Notes under the pieces: model-generated
The model's input: only the letters and a program-made list of their open reading frames with translations
Databases searched by the model: none
What the model was told of the DNA's origin: nothing
Made by a program: the position numbers and the translations under genes
From: Podarcis melisellensis
Taxonomy: Eukaryota
NCBI GenBank assembly: GCA_964234715.1
Contig: OZ174290.1
Reading direction: 5' to 3' (one strand)
DNA: 64,000 nt
In this document: piece after piece, positions 38,101 to 49,810 of the stretch
Position numbering within the stretch: position 1 is the stretch's first letter
How the letters are laid out: the number at the start of each line of letters is the position of its first letter

Positions 38101-38629
38101 ATTTAGTAGGCCACAATACTTTTACTAGGGTAACATCATATACCGGTAGTAATGCTATTTATTTGGAAATAAAAATTTTCGCATTTACAGAAGCTTCTAT
38201 GTCTGGAGAACATGCCACGCAAAAACCAATAGATAAAGCTATCTCATTGAGTTACTGACCTTTTTAAAAAACCTATTACACCACCTAAAATTAATCTCTG
38301 GTTTTGCTAATCTAACAATCGTTTTAGTTTTCTTTACTGCTGTTCTCTACCTGAAGGATTTTGTGCGTTTCACCTTAGGCCGGAGACAGATCCAGAGAAC
38401 TGCTGGATTTTATATTTTGAAAAATGGGTAGTCAGCAATGATATGTTTCTTCTTTCCAGCATCCCCAGGCGTAACCTGAAACCTGCATAACACCTAATCT
38501 ATGGAGTCAGCTATCTCTTTCCACAATCCATCTTAAAACCAAGGCTAATGCAGACTTTATGGCTTTTTGCAACAAGCCAGCTCCCCTCTCCCTCCCTCCC
38601 TTCCTCTTCCATACCCCCTGCTTTTGTTA

Positions 38630-38740
38630 ACACCTAGCCTGATGAAAAGTTCTGGAAAACTTGAAAGCTTGCTCCTTATTTTGTGACATTTTGGTTGGCC
38701 CAATAAAAGAATCACCCTGCGATGGAGTTTGGAATTTTAC
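38630..38740 (+). mobile_element. Penelope-like element terminal-repeat fragment
   Basis: gcctgatgaaaagttctggaaaacttgaaagcttgct ... ttggttggcccaataaaagaatcacc resembles reptile Penelope ends. Confidence 0.65.
38636..38673 (+). ncRNA. Minimal type-I hammerhead ribozyme motif (Penelope-associated)
   Basis: AGC-CUGAUGA-A-[AAGUU cuggaa AACUU]-GAAA-GC-UU-GCU. Core boxes intact, 5-bp stem II, 3-bp stem I, palindromic AGCU helix III. Activity and transcription unknown. Confidence 0.55.
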
Positions 38741-39376
38741 TTGCCACAGGTACTCAGCCAGAGGCCATTTACAAGGTTTGACTATGCAGATGGCTGGACA
38801 GAAGTTTTGGATCAGCCTAGAAACTGCACCCTCAAATCCTGAGGGAGTAGGAAACCACAAAGTGATTTTCCTTCTAAGCTGCTTCCATTCCATCTTTCTA
38901 TCCAAACACTTTTTTTTATTATTCCCAAATCCTGCTGCTTCTTCATTCTTTCCTTCAACCTCACCTGTAATTACCACTATCATGCTCCTGTGCCACTTCT
39001 GAAGCCTGTTCCATATGATCAAGGCACAAAGCTCTATATGCTATCCAAATATACAAATGTGGGCATGTGGGACAGGGAGAGAGAGGATTACAATAAAATT
39101 GGGTGAAATACTGGACGTGGGACCTGACATCTTTACTGTCATGCATCCTCACTAGTCAAACACCCCATAATACTCCAAATTCCTGATCACAGGTTTTCAA
39201 AATCAATCAATCAAGAGTCACAATAGTCTCAAACTATTTTCCTTAAGCAAATAAGAAATGCTTGATTAAACAGGATCAATAGTTGATCAGAAATATTGGT
39301 AAAAAGAAACCAAATTAACTTCCCTGGACAAAGAGTTCTACATTCTGGTTGCTATGACAGGAAAAGCCCTCCATAC

Positions 39377-39739
39377 CAGTGTTCAAAATTCAGCAGGTGC
39401 CAGGCACATTTTGCACCTGGTTACTGAACACTTGTGACCAAGGGAAGATGCCCAGGTGCCAGGATGCAATCTGACATCACCCTCTGGAGCTGCATGGCTG
39501 GGATTCCTTGGATCTTGATTGTTTTCACACACTAGCAACACATCCTATAGAATTACATCCAGTATATTTTATCTGCACGATCAGAATGAATTTCAGGAAC
39601 CAAAACATTGTATTGAAAAATATGACTTCTTAAGCTGTCTGGCCCCCAAATGGCAACTAGGCATTCTGTTTTGGTGACCGTATCCCTGGTTTAAGGAGCC
39701 ATTTGGCACCTAGCTTATATATCTGAGTTTCTAACACTG
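39377..39739. mobile_element. hAT-type element, same end family as 31514-31906
   Basis: TIRs CAGTGTTCAAAATTCAG / CTGAGTTTCTAACACTG, shared subterminal ggcacattttgcacc. TSD decayed. Confidence 0.75.
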
Positions 39740-40296
39740 CCTTACATATCCCTGCCAACCATACTTCAGAAGGTGGTAGGACGTACAGTGGGGGGAGGGG
39801 CATAGACTAGTCTTACCATACATATCAGGGGCAGATCAAGATTTTTGGATACAAGTCTCCTGAGTTCATGAAATTATATTCCTATCTTGTTATGGTCGAC
39901 AGAAGGGGTTGAAAATGTTGCCTCAAAGGCAAGGAACAGCCATTTTAAATTTGTCTGAATAGATTTGAAGCAATCCCTTTCATTATGACAGAATTTACTT
40001 GCTCCAAGTAAGGAATGACTGTTTGCTCTGTAAAAGCACTCTAGGCTGGTGTCACTGCCAAATAGATGCTCTTTTCTATGACTAAGTACAGTGCACAAGG
40101 TAGTCATAGCCAATTTGTACTCCCTGATTCCTGCATAGGCTTTGTTCTACAATACTAGGAATGCCATGAGAAAATGCTTCTCAGTTGAATGACAGTAGAC
40201 AACTTGCCTTGAACAACCTCTCCTGAATAATATACCTTTTACATTTTGAAGCTCTGGTAGGATATGAACATTAACACATCTGTAAAATGTATATGT

Positions 40297-40432
40297 CAGT
40301 GATGGCCAAACTTGGCCCTCCAGCTGTTTTGGGACTACAATTCCCATCATCCCTGACCATTGGTCCTGCTAGCTAGGGATGATGGGAGTTGTAGTCCCAA
40401 AACAGCTGAAGGGCCAAGTTTGGCTATCACTG
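40297..40432. mobile_element. hAT-type MITE (136 bp), same family as 269-404
   Basis: Arms CAGTGATGGCCAAACTTGGCCCTCCAGCTGTTTTGGGACTACAA and a near-perfect reverse complement. TSD gtatatgt/gtatagtt. Confidence 0.9.
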
Positions 40433-41544
40433 GTATAGTTCTTTAGAGCTGAAAAGTAGTCTGGGTAAAATGGGCCTTTTCTGCGGTGACACTCACACCC
40501 TCTCAGGGGCAGGTGTGCCAACGCTAGTAGATGGAGGTGCCATCAGCCCCCTCAATATTCTTTGCAAGGGGCTAAGCCCCCCAAATATTGATATCAGTGG
40601 TTTTAAGGAGCTCTTTTCATTGTAAGGCTTTTATAGGTGAATTGAGCATGTGTTTGGACCCTGGATGAGAACCCAGAGGCTTTGAGGGAGAATGTGTCAT
40701 AAGGAAAATAAACTGATATTGATTTATATATATTAGTAACTCTGTATTAATTTAACTGTGTATTTTTGTAATATTTTGTTTAAGTTGACTATTTTTGCTT
40801 CAGTTTTCTGTACACTGCTTAGAGATATTTTTAATATATTAAGCGATACAGAAGTAATCAAATAAAATGGTCAAAATAAAGCTCCAAAACGTAACACTTA
40901 CACCAATTACATCAATTAAATACAAACCACTGCTACCCCCCCATTAGTATTTCAGTTCAACTACTTTTGCTATTGCAAAAATATTTTCAGATGTTTAACA
41001 TTTTGGCACTTTTAAATGTGAGTACAATCCAAAACATACTTAAATTCCATTTTTAAATCAACGGAAATAAGCATTAAGACACAGAGGCAAGTGTTTACTT
41101 TATAGTGATCTTAAATGAGACTGGAGTCAGATTTTGTATCATGCTGAATCCAAGTACCTTAGCCACTTAAAAAAACCTTAATTTCCACTGCAGCTTTAGA
41201 CCATACTCCAGCTGAAGGTTGTTCATCAAGAAACTGTCCTTACCCATTTCTTTCTATATCCTGCCTATAGAGATGGGATGAATATATTAACAGACAAAGG
41301 CAAAAACAAAAGAAAACCCATGTCTTACAATTATAATTAGACATCTGGGACCTGTAAGCTGCAATTTCCCCAGCTAAATATTTTTCTTTCTTGCCACTGA
41401 GGTGGCAAATCCAAGGATTTTGGATTGATCACTAGGAGTGTGGCCATACAAGCAACTACAGAGGGCCGCCTTTTTTCTTAAAAGAAAAGCTGTCTACCAA
41501 AAGGATGCAGACCTAGTTAACACATTGCATTACAGTTTAAAATA

Positions 41545-41904
41545 AAGGTAAAGGTAAAGGTACCCCTGCCCGTATGGGCCAGTCTTGACAGACTCTAGGG
41601 TTGTGCGCTCATCTCACTCGATAGGCCGGGAGCCAGCGCTGTCCGCAGACACTTCCGGGTCACGTGGCCAGCGTGACAAGCTGCATCTGGCAAGCCAGCG
41701 CAGCACACGGAACGCCGTTTACCTTCCCGCTGGTAAGCGGTCCCTATTTATCTACTTGCACCCGAGGGTGCTTTCAAACTGCTAGGTTGGCAGGCGCTGG
41801 GACCGAACGACGGGAGCGCACCCCGCCGCGGGGATTCGAACCGCCAACCATGCAATCGGCAAGTCCTAGGCGCTGAGGTTTTACCCACAGCGCCAACCGT
41901 GTCA
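41545..41904 (-). mobile_element. Sauria SINE, near full length
   Basis: (aaaggt)3 tail at left, gggattcgaacc B box, 13-bp TSD acagtttaaaata. Confidence 0.94.
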
Positions 41905-42514
41905 ACAGTTTAAAATAGTTAATACTAAAGTAGGATTTTAGTCTCTTTAGCAAAAAAATCATCCTCAACAACATGCACACATTTGACAAGCGCTCACACC
42001 TTCAAAACTTGGAATTAGTTTTAATACAACCTGTTCACACCATTTGATTCATGGACTTAGGATCTGCTGGGACTGACAGAGCTGAAAGATGTTTAATGCA
42101 TGTGAATATGTTGTTACAAAAGCTGGGTGCCTGCCCCTCTTTCTGCCAAGTGGTGGCAGGAGCCCATGGGGTCCCAGGCACCCATACAAGGTCTGTGATC
42201 CTTTGAAGGATGGAAGACCCGGAGGAGACTGTTGGGACTTTAAGAAATATGATTTATTCACCTATTTACACTTTCAGTCTGCATGAAGGGAGTCCAGATC
42301 TTATGGCATAGTGATTTCAAGAGCCAGCAGCGCAGGCAGCCTTCAGCCTGTCTGTCCAAGATGAATCTCAGCCTTTCTTCCTCCTCTTTCCTTCCAGCAA
42401 CCCTTGCCCCACCGCAGCAGTTACCCTGGCAACCATCCAAATCCCCAGTCTCTGTTCACACCTGGGACAAGGGGGAAGGAGTGAGTTTGTTTGTTTATTG
42501 ACCGACTGACTTTA

Positions 42515-42756
42515 CATACCACCCTATACCCACAGGTTTCAGGGCAGTTCAAAGAATAAAATCAAAATATAAAACCACAAAATACACAATTAACATCATG
42601 TAGATGTTAAACAACATAGGGGATAGGATTGAGCCCTGAGGAACCCAAAATTGAAGGTTCCACCGGGCTGAAAAGCATTCTCTAAGCAACACCCTCTGGG
42701 AACGACCATCCAAGTAAGACTGGAACCACCACAAAGTGGTCCACTCACCCCTAGTT
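42515..42756 (-). mobile_element. L2-like LINE: RT fragment joined to 3' tail
   Basis: Peptide WFQSYLDGRSQRV...VPQGSILSPMLFNIYM is the RT domain 'GVPQGS-L-P-LF-IY' motif. Confidence 0.85.
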
Positions 42757-42903
42757 NNNNNNNNNNNNNNNNNNNNNNNNNNNNNNNNNNNNNNNNNNNN
42801 NNNNNNNNNNNNNNNNNNNNNNNNNNNNNNNNNNNNNNNNNNNNNNNNNNNNNNNNNNNNNNNNNNNNNNNNNNNNNNNNNNNNNNNNNNNNNNNNNNNN
42901 NNN
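42757..42903. other. Assembly gap (147 N)
   Basis: Run of N. Confidence 1.
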
Positions 42904-43010
42904 CGCTTTATCACTACCCTAAGGAATCTCAAAGCGGCTAACAATCTCCTTTCCCTTCCTCCCCCGCAACAAACACTCTGTGAGGTGCGCGAGGCTGAGA
43001 GACTTCAGAG
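42904..43010 (-). mobile_element. 3' part of a squamate tRNA-SINE (Squam3-like), truncated
   Basis: cgctttatcactaccctaaggaatctcaaagcggctaacaatctcc...caacaaacactctgtgagg...gctgagagacttcagag. Confidence 0.65.
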
Positions 43011-46000
43011 GATACCATGTTTGATGGTACCGAAAGCCACTGAGAGGTCAAGAAGAATTAACAGGGTCATGTTTCCCTTGTCTCTCCCTAGAGTCTGGAC
43101 AGGGCAACCAAAGCAGTTTCTGTGCCAAAATCGGGCCTACCCTCTCGCCCCCCCATTGAAATGGATCCAGAAAATCAGTTTCTTCCAAGGCTCCTGGATC
43201 TGGTCTCTTGTACTGTTAATGTCCCACAATTGCTCTTTTGATAGTTGCAGCACAGCCAGGTTGTTTTACATTAGCTTAGCCTAGGAATTCCTTTGCAGCT
43301 TTCATTCTCCCTTCATATCACAAGTAACAGAAATCCTAGCATTTATTAATTTCTAGGGTGTAGGGGGATCCCTCCCCCAATCTATAAAACCATTGAAAAA
43401 ATCCCCTACCATGAGTCTGTGTTAACAGGAAACACAAAATAAATGGGTTAAGCAACTTGCACTGCACACTATACTTCAAAGGTAACCTTCATTCACATCT
43501 CATTCAGCTGCCAACTGCAGTCATCTCCAGAGCTTCTTTTCAACTGAAGATAGCATTAAAAGGCCCTTTAGAATGCATTCTAATCAACTCTGCAAGCTTA
43601 TGCACCATTACCAGTTATTCTTTTTTTAATAATAAAAAAACCAGTGCTAAAAGCAAAAATGATTATTAACTCTAGGAAGGAAAGGAAATTAAAGTGATAT
43701 TCTCACAGCCAACATCTTCTAAAAATGTTTCATTTGCTCTTGTTCTAGGAAGCTTCAAAGCAGAAAGACTTTTCTAAATCAAGATTTTATTTATTCTTTC
43801 AAAAGCTCTTTTCATTCTTAGCTTTCTAATTCACTTTATGAATCACAACACACTGAGTACTATATCTTTTTAAAAGCAGTTACTGTGAATAGATACAGAT
43901 ACAATTTTTATGTAGGTTATTTCACTGGACTTTTACTTTTTTCCTTGATTTTTTTTCTCCTCTGAAAGTCAAATAATGGACTTACATCAATCATTAATGG
44001 CACACACCTAGAGAGACTCAGTAGGTAAATAAGGAATTGTTCAGAATGGGTGTACCAGCTCCTGCAGCAGCACATCAAAATATACTGCACAATTTGGATG
44101 TGGGCACACTTTCAAGATTTGCCATCTGATATGCAAGCAGTGTGCAGGTCCTCCAATGCAAATTAAAGCAGTAAACTGAGAAGAAGCCACTCAAAATTTT
44201 AAGAGTGCTGGATGATGGCTGTTTGAATTGGTACTATCTACAACCCACAGAGTTGAAACTATATTTCAAATTCCTACGGTCCAACACCTGACCTTTAGGG
44301 TGGTATCCCCCACCAGATTTGGGGGAGAAGGGAAAGAAGAACTTTCCAGGAGGTTTTGAGCCTCCTTTGCTAACTTCATATTTTAACAAAACTTTAGAGA
44401 GCCAGGAGACCACAAACCTAAGATTTTGTTTCCAGTTCATCCCATGTACAAAAGAATAAGTGTTGGGCAATGCAGTATCTCACAGAGATTAGTAAAAGGC
44501 TCCTGCCCATTATGTCACAACCCAGCTGAAGGGAAAAGCCTAGGCTCAGGATGTTCAAATGTCCATTTCCAGCCATATCTCCACTAAAAGCAGCTTTTTG
44601 CTTATTTTGGGCATTGGCCCTCCATGCAAAAGAGCCCAGGTTTACACAAAAAGAATATAAGGAAGACTCTGGCAACAAGAGTAGATGATACTGGGAGACG
44701 TCATCCAAAATGAAGGTACCTTATTCCAAGTCAGACTGTTGGTCTATTTAGGCCAGTATAATTCATTCTCATTGACAGAGGCTGCTCCATATTCTATTTA
44801 CATCATTATGCCTGGGATTGAACCTAGAACCTTATGCCCCAGAGGACCCTCATAGGGAAGAAATGACATAAAAAGAGGAGGGAAAGGTAGTGTATCTGCC
44901 CAGACTTCATCTGAACTTGGGTGGCAGAAGGGAAACAGAAGTTCTTTCCAGGTTACCAAACACAGTATGGTTGGATGCTTCTGGATCTCATTTCTAGGCA
45001 GGGCAGAGTATAGGATGAAACTTGTAAGCAAAGTGGTTTGGAAAGTAGCATCACAGGTTAAAGCAACTTCAAAATGGATATGAGACACCCCACAATACAG
45101 TACAGATACAGCCTGATGTCACTTGCTTTAGACTATGCTTGATCAGCACAATATGTTCTGACCAAAGCATTTGTTTACTTGAATCCCTAAACGATAAGTA
45201 GTTTGGAGGTGAAACTATGACATTAATCTTGTTCCAAACATAGGCTGCCATCCTCATGCTATTTAATTGTTTGAAGTCCTGTTGAAATGTATGCTTTAAC
45301 AGAAAAGTTTTAAAAATCCAATAATCCTTATTTGCAGATCTCAATACCTTTACCATTCCCTCCATCCAATAATTTGCAGATTGGCATTTTTTTATGCCAG
45401 CTGCAAATTCAAGACAACTGACTTATTTAATCCAATACGGTAGCTTAAATGAACACTCCCCAACCATCTTCTTCCCCTCCACAGTTGAAAACTCTAATTC
45501 TAACCCATATTTATCTTTGTATGAGACACCAAGGCAATTTGACTTAAAAACAAAACAAAAAACTGCATACACTATCAGCTATTTCCTCCGCCATTCTAAC
45601 CCAACTCCCCTGCAAAAACCAGAAACCTAGCAGAAGTTTTCCTAATGCTACCTGGATCTGGCAGCTTCAGTCAAAGGATGCTCTGGCATGAGAGCATGAG
45701 ATATTGAAGTTATCTGAGATACCACATGATTTGTACTTGTACAAATTGGAGCTATCTGGGTGACCAGAGTCAGCAGTTACCTGGTGTGGTTGCTAGGATA
45801 AAGAAACATGAGCTCTAGACAAGCATATAGTAGCTAGGAGCCAGCTGTTCAGCAGATGCATTAATCTTCAGCAAACAGATTTCATTCCTTGTTCATCTCT
45901 TTATTAGAGGCCTCACAGAATATTTCCAAGGAAGCATACTGTGTGTAGGATGAGGCTTCTAAACACTGCACAGTACTAATAGGTACTGATAGCTAAGGTA

Positions 46001-47508
46001 CAGTACAGCCTATGAATTACTTGCAAAAAATGAAATGCAAAGACAATGTTTGCAACGTGATGCTATCATTTTCCATCTTCTTAAAAGGATAGTCTGGAAA
46101 GGAGACCACACAATTTCTCACTGTGCATCACAGATAAACCAATTCCAAGGTAAGGAGCTACAGTACGTCTAATTTTTTTAAATCTTCAAGGTCTTCAAAA
46201 GGTACATTTGTCTGAGTGGCCAATAAATTAAGTAGACCACAGTTGAGAGATGAGGATCAGGATATGTGATCACAAACTTACACCTGCAGCTTCTCTTGCA
46301 CATAGATTCCTTCTGTACTCCTCTTGCCAACCCTAAGTATGTTTAGCTGTTATGCCTGTACTAGCATTAATCCTATTTAGGTACAGCAGGGGAGAAGGGG
46401 GAATTCAGGCACGAGAGAGAAAGGGAACATGCAATAATATGTATATAATGCTTTCAAGTGTTTAGAATGCTTCAATCAAATCAGCATAAACATCCAACCT
46501 AGACCAAAATTACTGTTTAGTTTTATGCGAACAAGCTGCTCAGTTAGAAGCATCTGTTTCTGCGTTAGTTCAACAAGGTCAAATAGTAGTTCGTTTATAA
46601 TGTAAATGATGCTTCATTGAAGCAAATCAAGATCAAACCATGGTTTCTGATCCTGAATTGTTCCCGAAAACCAGAGTGTAAGCCAACGGTTCTCAAAGGG
46701 TGTGGGGCACAGGTGTGGCAAGAGAGGGTGGCAAGTGTGGCAGGAGAGGATGGTAAATGTGGTGAGAAGATTCAAGAAGAAGCAAATAAACATTTAAACA
46801 CTTCAGCGTAGTATAATATAGCATAGTACCAAAAAAAATTATCAAATTATTAATTTTGCTTATTTGCAGAATATGGAAAAATATGTTTTCAAAATGAGAA
46901 CAAGAACATCAAGTGATACTGAGGACAATCCTAGTTGCGATCCAGAATCGCCATTCAAACAGAGTGCTGGAGAATAGCACTGGCTATTCTTCTACAGGGA
47001 TTTTCAACTCTGACAAATATGAAATATCAGAAAACAGAAAGGAGAAATCCAAGAGTTACTATTGCACCATGGCTAGAACAATTTCCAAGTTGGATTCATT
47101 AAATGGCTTCTTTTATACTGTCCACAAGATGGATTGTTCCAGTAAGCTCCCATTTTGCAACATATCAAATCCAATAGTTAAAAACTGCCAATTTAGTTGC
47201 AAAACAACAAATTTACTACATGTAATTCAGTTTAAAAGTAGTGAATAAATTCTACTGCCTCACTAACAAAGCTGATCTTATTAACAATAACTTTTTTTTT
47301 AATGTAACGAATTCTGAACAACAAAGCTCTAATCACAGAGTTTAAAATATAATGTTACTTGGAACTGGACTTTGAGACTTGCTGATATAGGATTTTCAGG
47401 CACATTATTAAATTACAGAACCAGTTGCTTAACATTTTAGCATGGCAGTCATCATCCAAAACAAGGGATTTAATCCAATTGCAATATCCAAGGGATTAAA
47501 GCATAGTA

Positions 47509-47738
47509 CAGTGGACGCTCGGGTTGTGAACATGATCCATGCGGGAGGCACGTTCACAATCTGCAGCATCTGCAACCTGCAGCGCCGCATCTGCGCACAT
47601 GCAGGTTTTGATTTGGCGCTTCTGTGCATGCGCGAGCACCGAAACCCGGAAGTAACCCGTTCCGCTACTTCCGAGTTTCGGTGCGCCCGTAACCCGAAAA
47701 CACGCAACCTGAAGCGTCTGTAACCTGAGGTATGACTG
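47509..47738. mobile_element. Tigger/pogo-like MITE, copy A of an inverted dimer
   Basis: TA-CAGTGGACGCTCGGGTT ... AACCTGAGGTATGACTG-TA, with internal hairpin ccgaaacccggaagta...tacttccgagtttcgg. Confidence 0.88.
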
Positions 47739-47740
47739 TA

Positions 47741-47984
47741 CAGTGGTACCTCAGGTTACAGACGCTTCAGGTTATGCATTTTTGGATTGCGCACTGCGCC
47801 GAACCCGGAAGTACCGGAACGGGTTACTTCTGGGTTTCGGCACTCGGTATGCGTGGAAGCACTAAATCACGCTTTGCACATGTACAGAAGCACTGAATTG
47901 CGACTCGCACGTGCACAGACGTGGCACTGTGGGTTGCGAACGTGCCTCCTTCACAGATCACATACGCAACCCGAGGTTCCACTG
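47741..47984. mobile_element. Tigger/pogo-like MITE, copy B of an inverted dimer
   Basis: TA-CAGTGGTACCTCAGGTT ... AACCCGAGGTTCCACTG-TA. Shares the TA at 47739-47740 with copy A. Confidence 0.88.
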
Positions 47985-49720
47985 TACCACACAAGATGGC
48001 ATAGTGAAGGCAAAACAGAAACATGTTGTTATCCTCACCTGATAAAATAGCCTCCAGGAGACAGTTGGGGCTTCACTGAATTAAAAGTCAACAATTACAT
48101 ATCCAGGAATTTAATAGCCCAAACCTGAAGTTCAGACCCTACTGCTTTCCTGGAAGCAGTGGAAGAGTTACAATTTGTATTAGAACTCCAAGCAACTCGC
48201 TGTTCAAATCCTTCAGAGATACCAAGTCTCCAGAATGGATTTGAGAGATGCCATGACCTACTGCTTGACATTTCAAGTGTAAGTCGTAGTACTTTTAACA
48301 AGTGAGAGCCCCTTTAGCTGCAATGCTAAAACAAAGGATATATGAGCATTTATGCCTTAAATATAACGACAGATTCCAGCAGTTGATTTGAATAGTTGAA
48401 ATAATGAGGACAGTTCATTATACAAATAAGACTTTCTGGTTTTTCATCATATGTCAGGGCTGTGTATTTGCCATACACATGGAGGAAGTTTGGAAGAACG
48501 TCAGCTTTCATATAAATAAATAAAAGAGCAAGTTTCTAGGTCTTATGGTTGGACAGATCAACTTGGAAGTATGACCAACGCCAGATTTATAAAAAAACTA
48601 GAGTTGAGACGTGAGAAAATTTGAGCACTCTCTCATTACCCTACAAAAATAAGGACACTGCAGAATTTCTGCAAATATGCTACACTATTAATAGTGTGTG
48701 GAGGTTACCACTCACCACCCAAAAATGCCCAGAATGCCCAGGATGCTGTGGAGATTGCAGAATGGTAGCCAGCAGAATTGCCAACACAGCTTCTGCTACT
48801 TGGGGTGGTGGGTGTAGAAGAAGCTGTGTTCTTGCCACTGCTAATAGGGAGCTCCACTCCTGAGAAATTTTTCAAGAATTGATCTTCTCCTAGCAGAGAG
48901 TAAACATCACCATGTTTGAAAGGGCAATCCCAACAACCAATTCACCTAATTAAAGTTTTCCACTCACTGGTACACACTTGTAAGTGATTCCCGTATTAAA
49001 ATGTAACACATTAACATGATATGCTTTCTCTACAAGTCACGCACTATGAATTTCTAGAGCCATTTGTAATTTAAATGGTAGTCGTTCGAAGTGTCTTTCA
49101 TACAGGCAATTTGGAAACCAGGCAATTTTCAAGTTCTTAAACTGGAACATCTGTTTCCAAGAGTCATTTCTGTCAGAAAGAAATGTGGCATCTAGGCTGT
49201 CCTCATGGGGCCTCTCCCTCTCCCTATCCTGGGGGTGGGGTGGGGAGATGATGGTACTGTACTTCAAAAAGCATAAAGTGTTAACATGCCAAATTTGGCA
49301 ATGTGAGGTAACACATACCACAGGGCTAAGAACTGACTATGTTTTCACTATTAAGTAATCAGAGATGGTAAAGCACAAGTTACTGACTTAAGAATTGTGT
49401 TTAGTTGCTTCACCACTGAGAGTACCAATTACAATTAATTTTTTACACAGTATTGGGCAACAGCTCAAAAAACAAGTAAGGAGCAGGTACATATAACTCC
49501 AAGCAGGAGATTCATGCCATCTCCAGCACCTATGTTTACATTTGTGCAATAGTATTTAAACTGGATTTAAATACATGTGGTATATCTCTTTCACACACCC
49601 TTTTAGTCCTATCAAAGGTTATACACAGATGTGCAGTCAGTAGTAGTTTTAACTCCTGTTGCACATGGGACAACATTCCCATGATCCAAAGGTATTTAAT
49701 ACTACCACTTGTGATAATAA

Positions 49721-49810
49721 TATAGCTGTCAAAGTTTCCCTTTTTTTAAGGGAAATTCCCTTATTCCGAATAGGATTCCTCACAAGAAAAGGGAAAAGTT
49801 GACAGCTATG
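49721..49810. mobile_element. 90-bp hAT-type MITE
   Basis: TIRs TATAGCTGTCAAAGTTTCCCTTTT / AAAAGGGAAAAGTTGACAGCTATG, perfect 8-bp TSD gataataa. Confidence 0.88.

Noticed and set aside
42549-43284. ORFs of 131 and 182 aa
   Set aside because: They are artefacts of reading through the N gap. The only real signal is a short L2 RT remnant.
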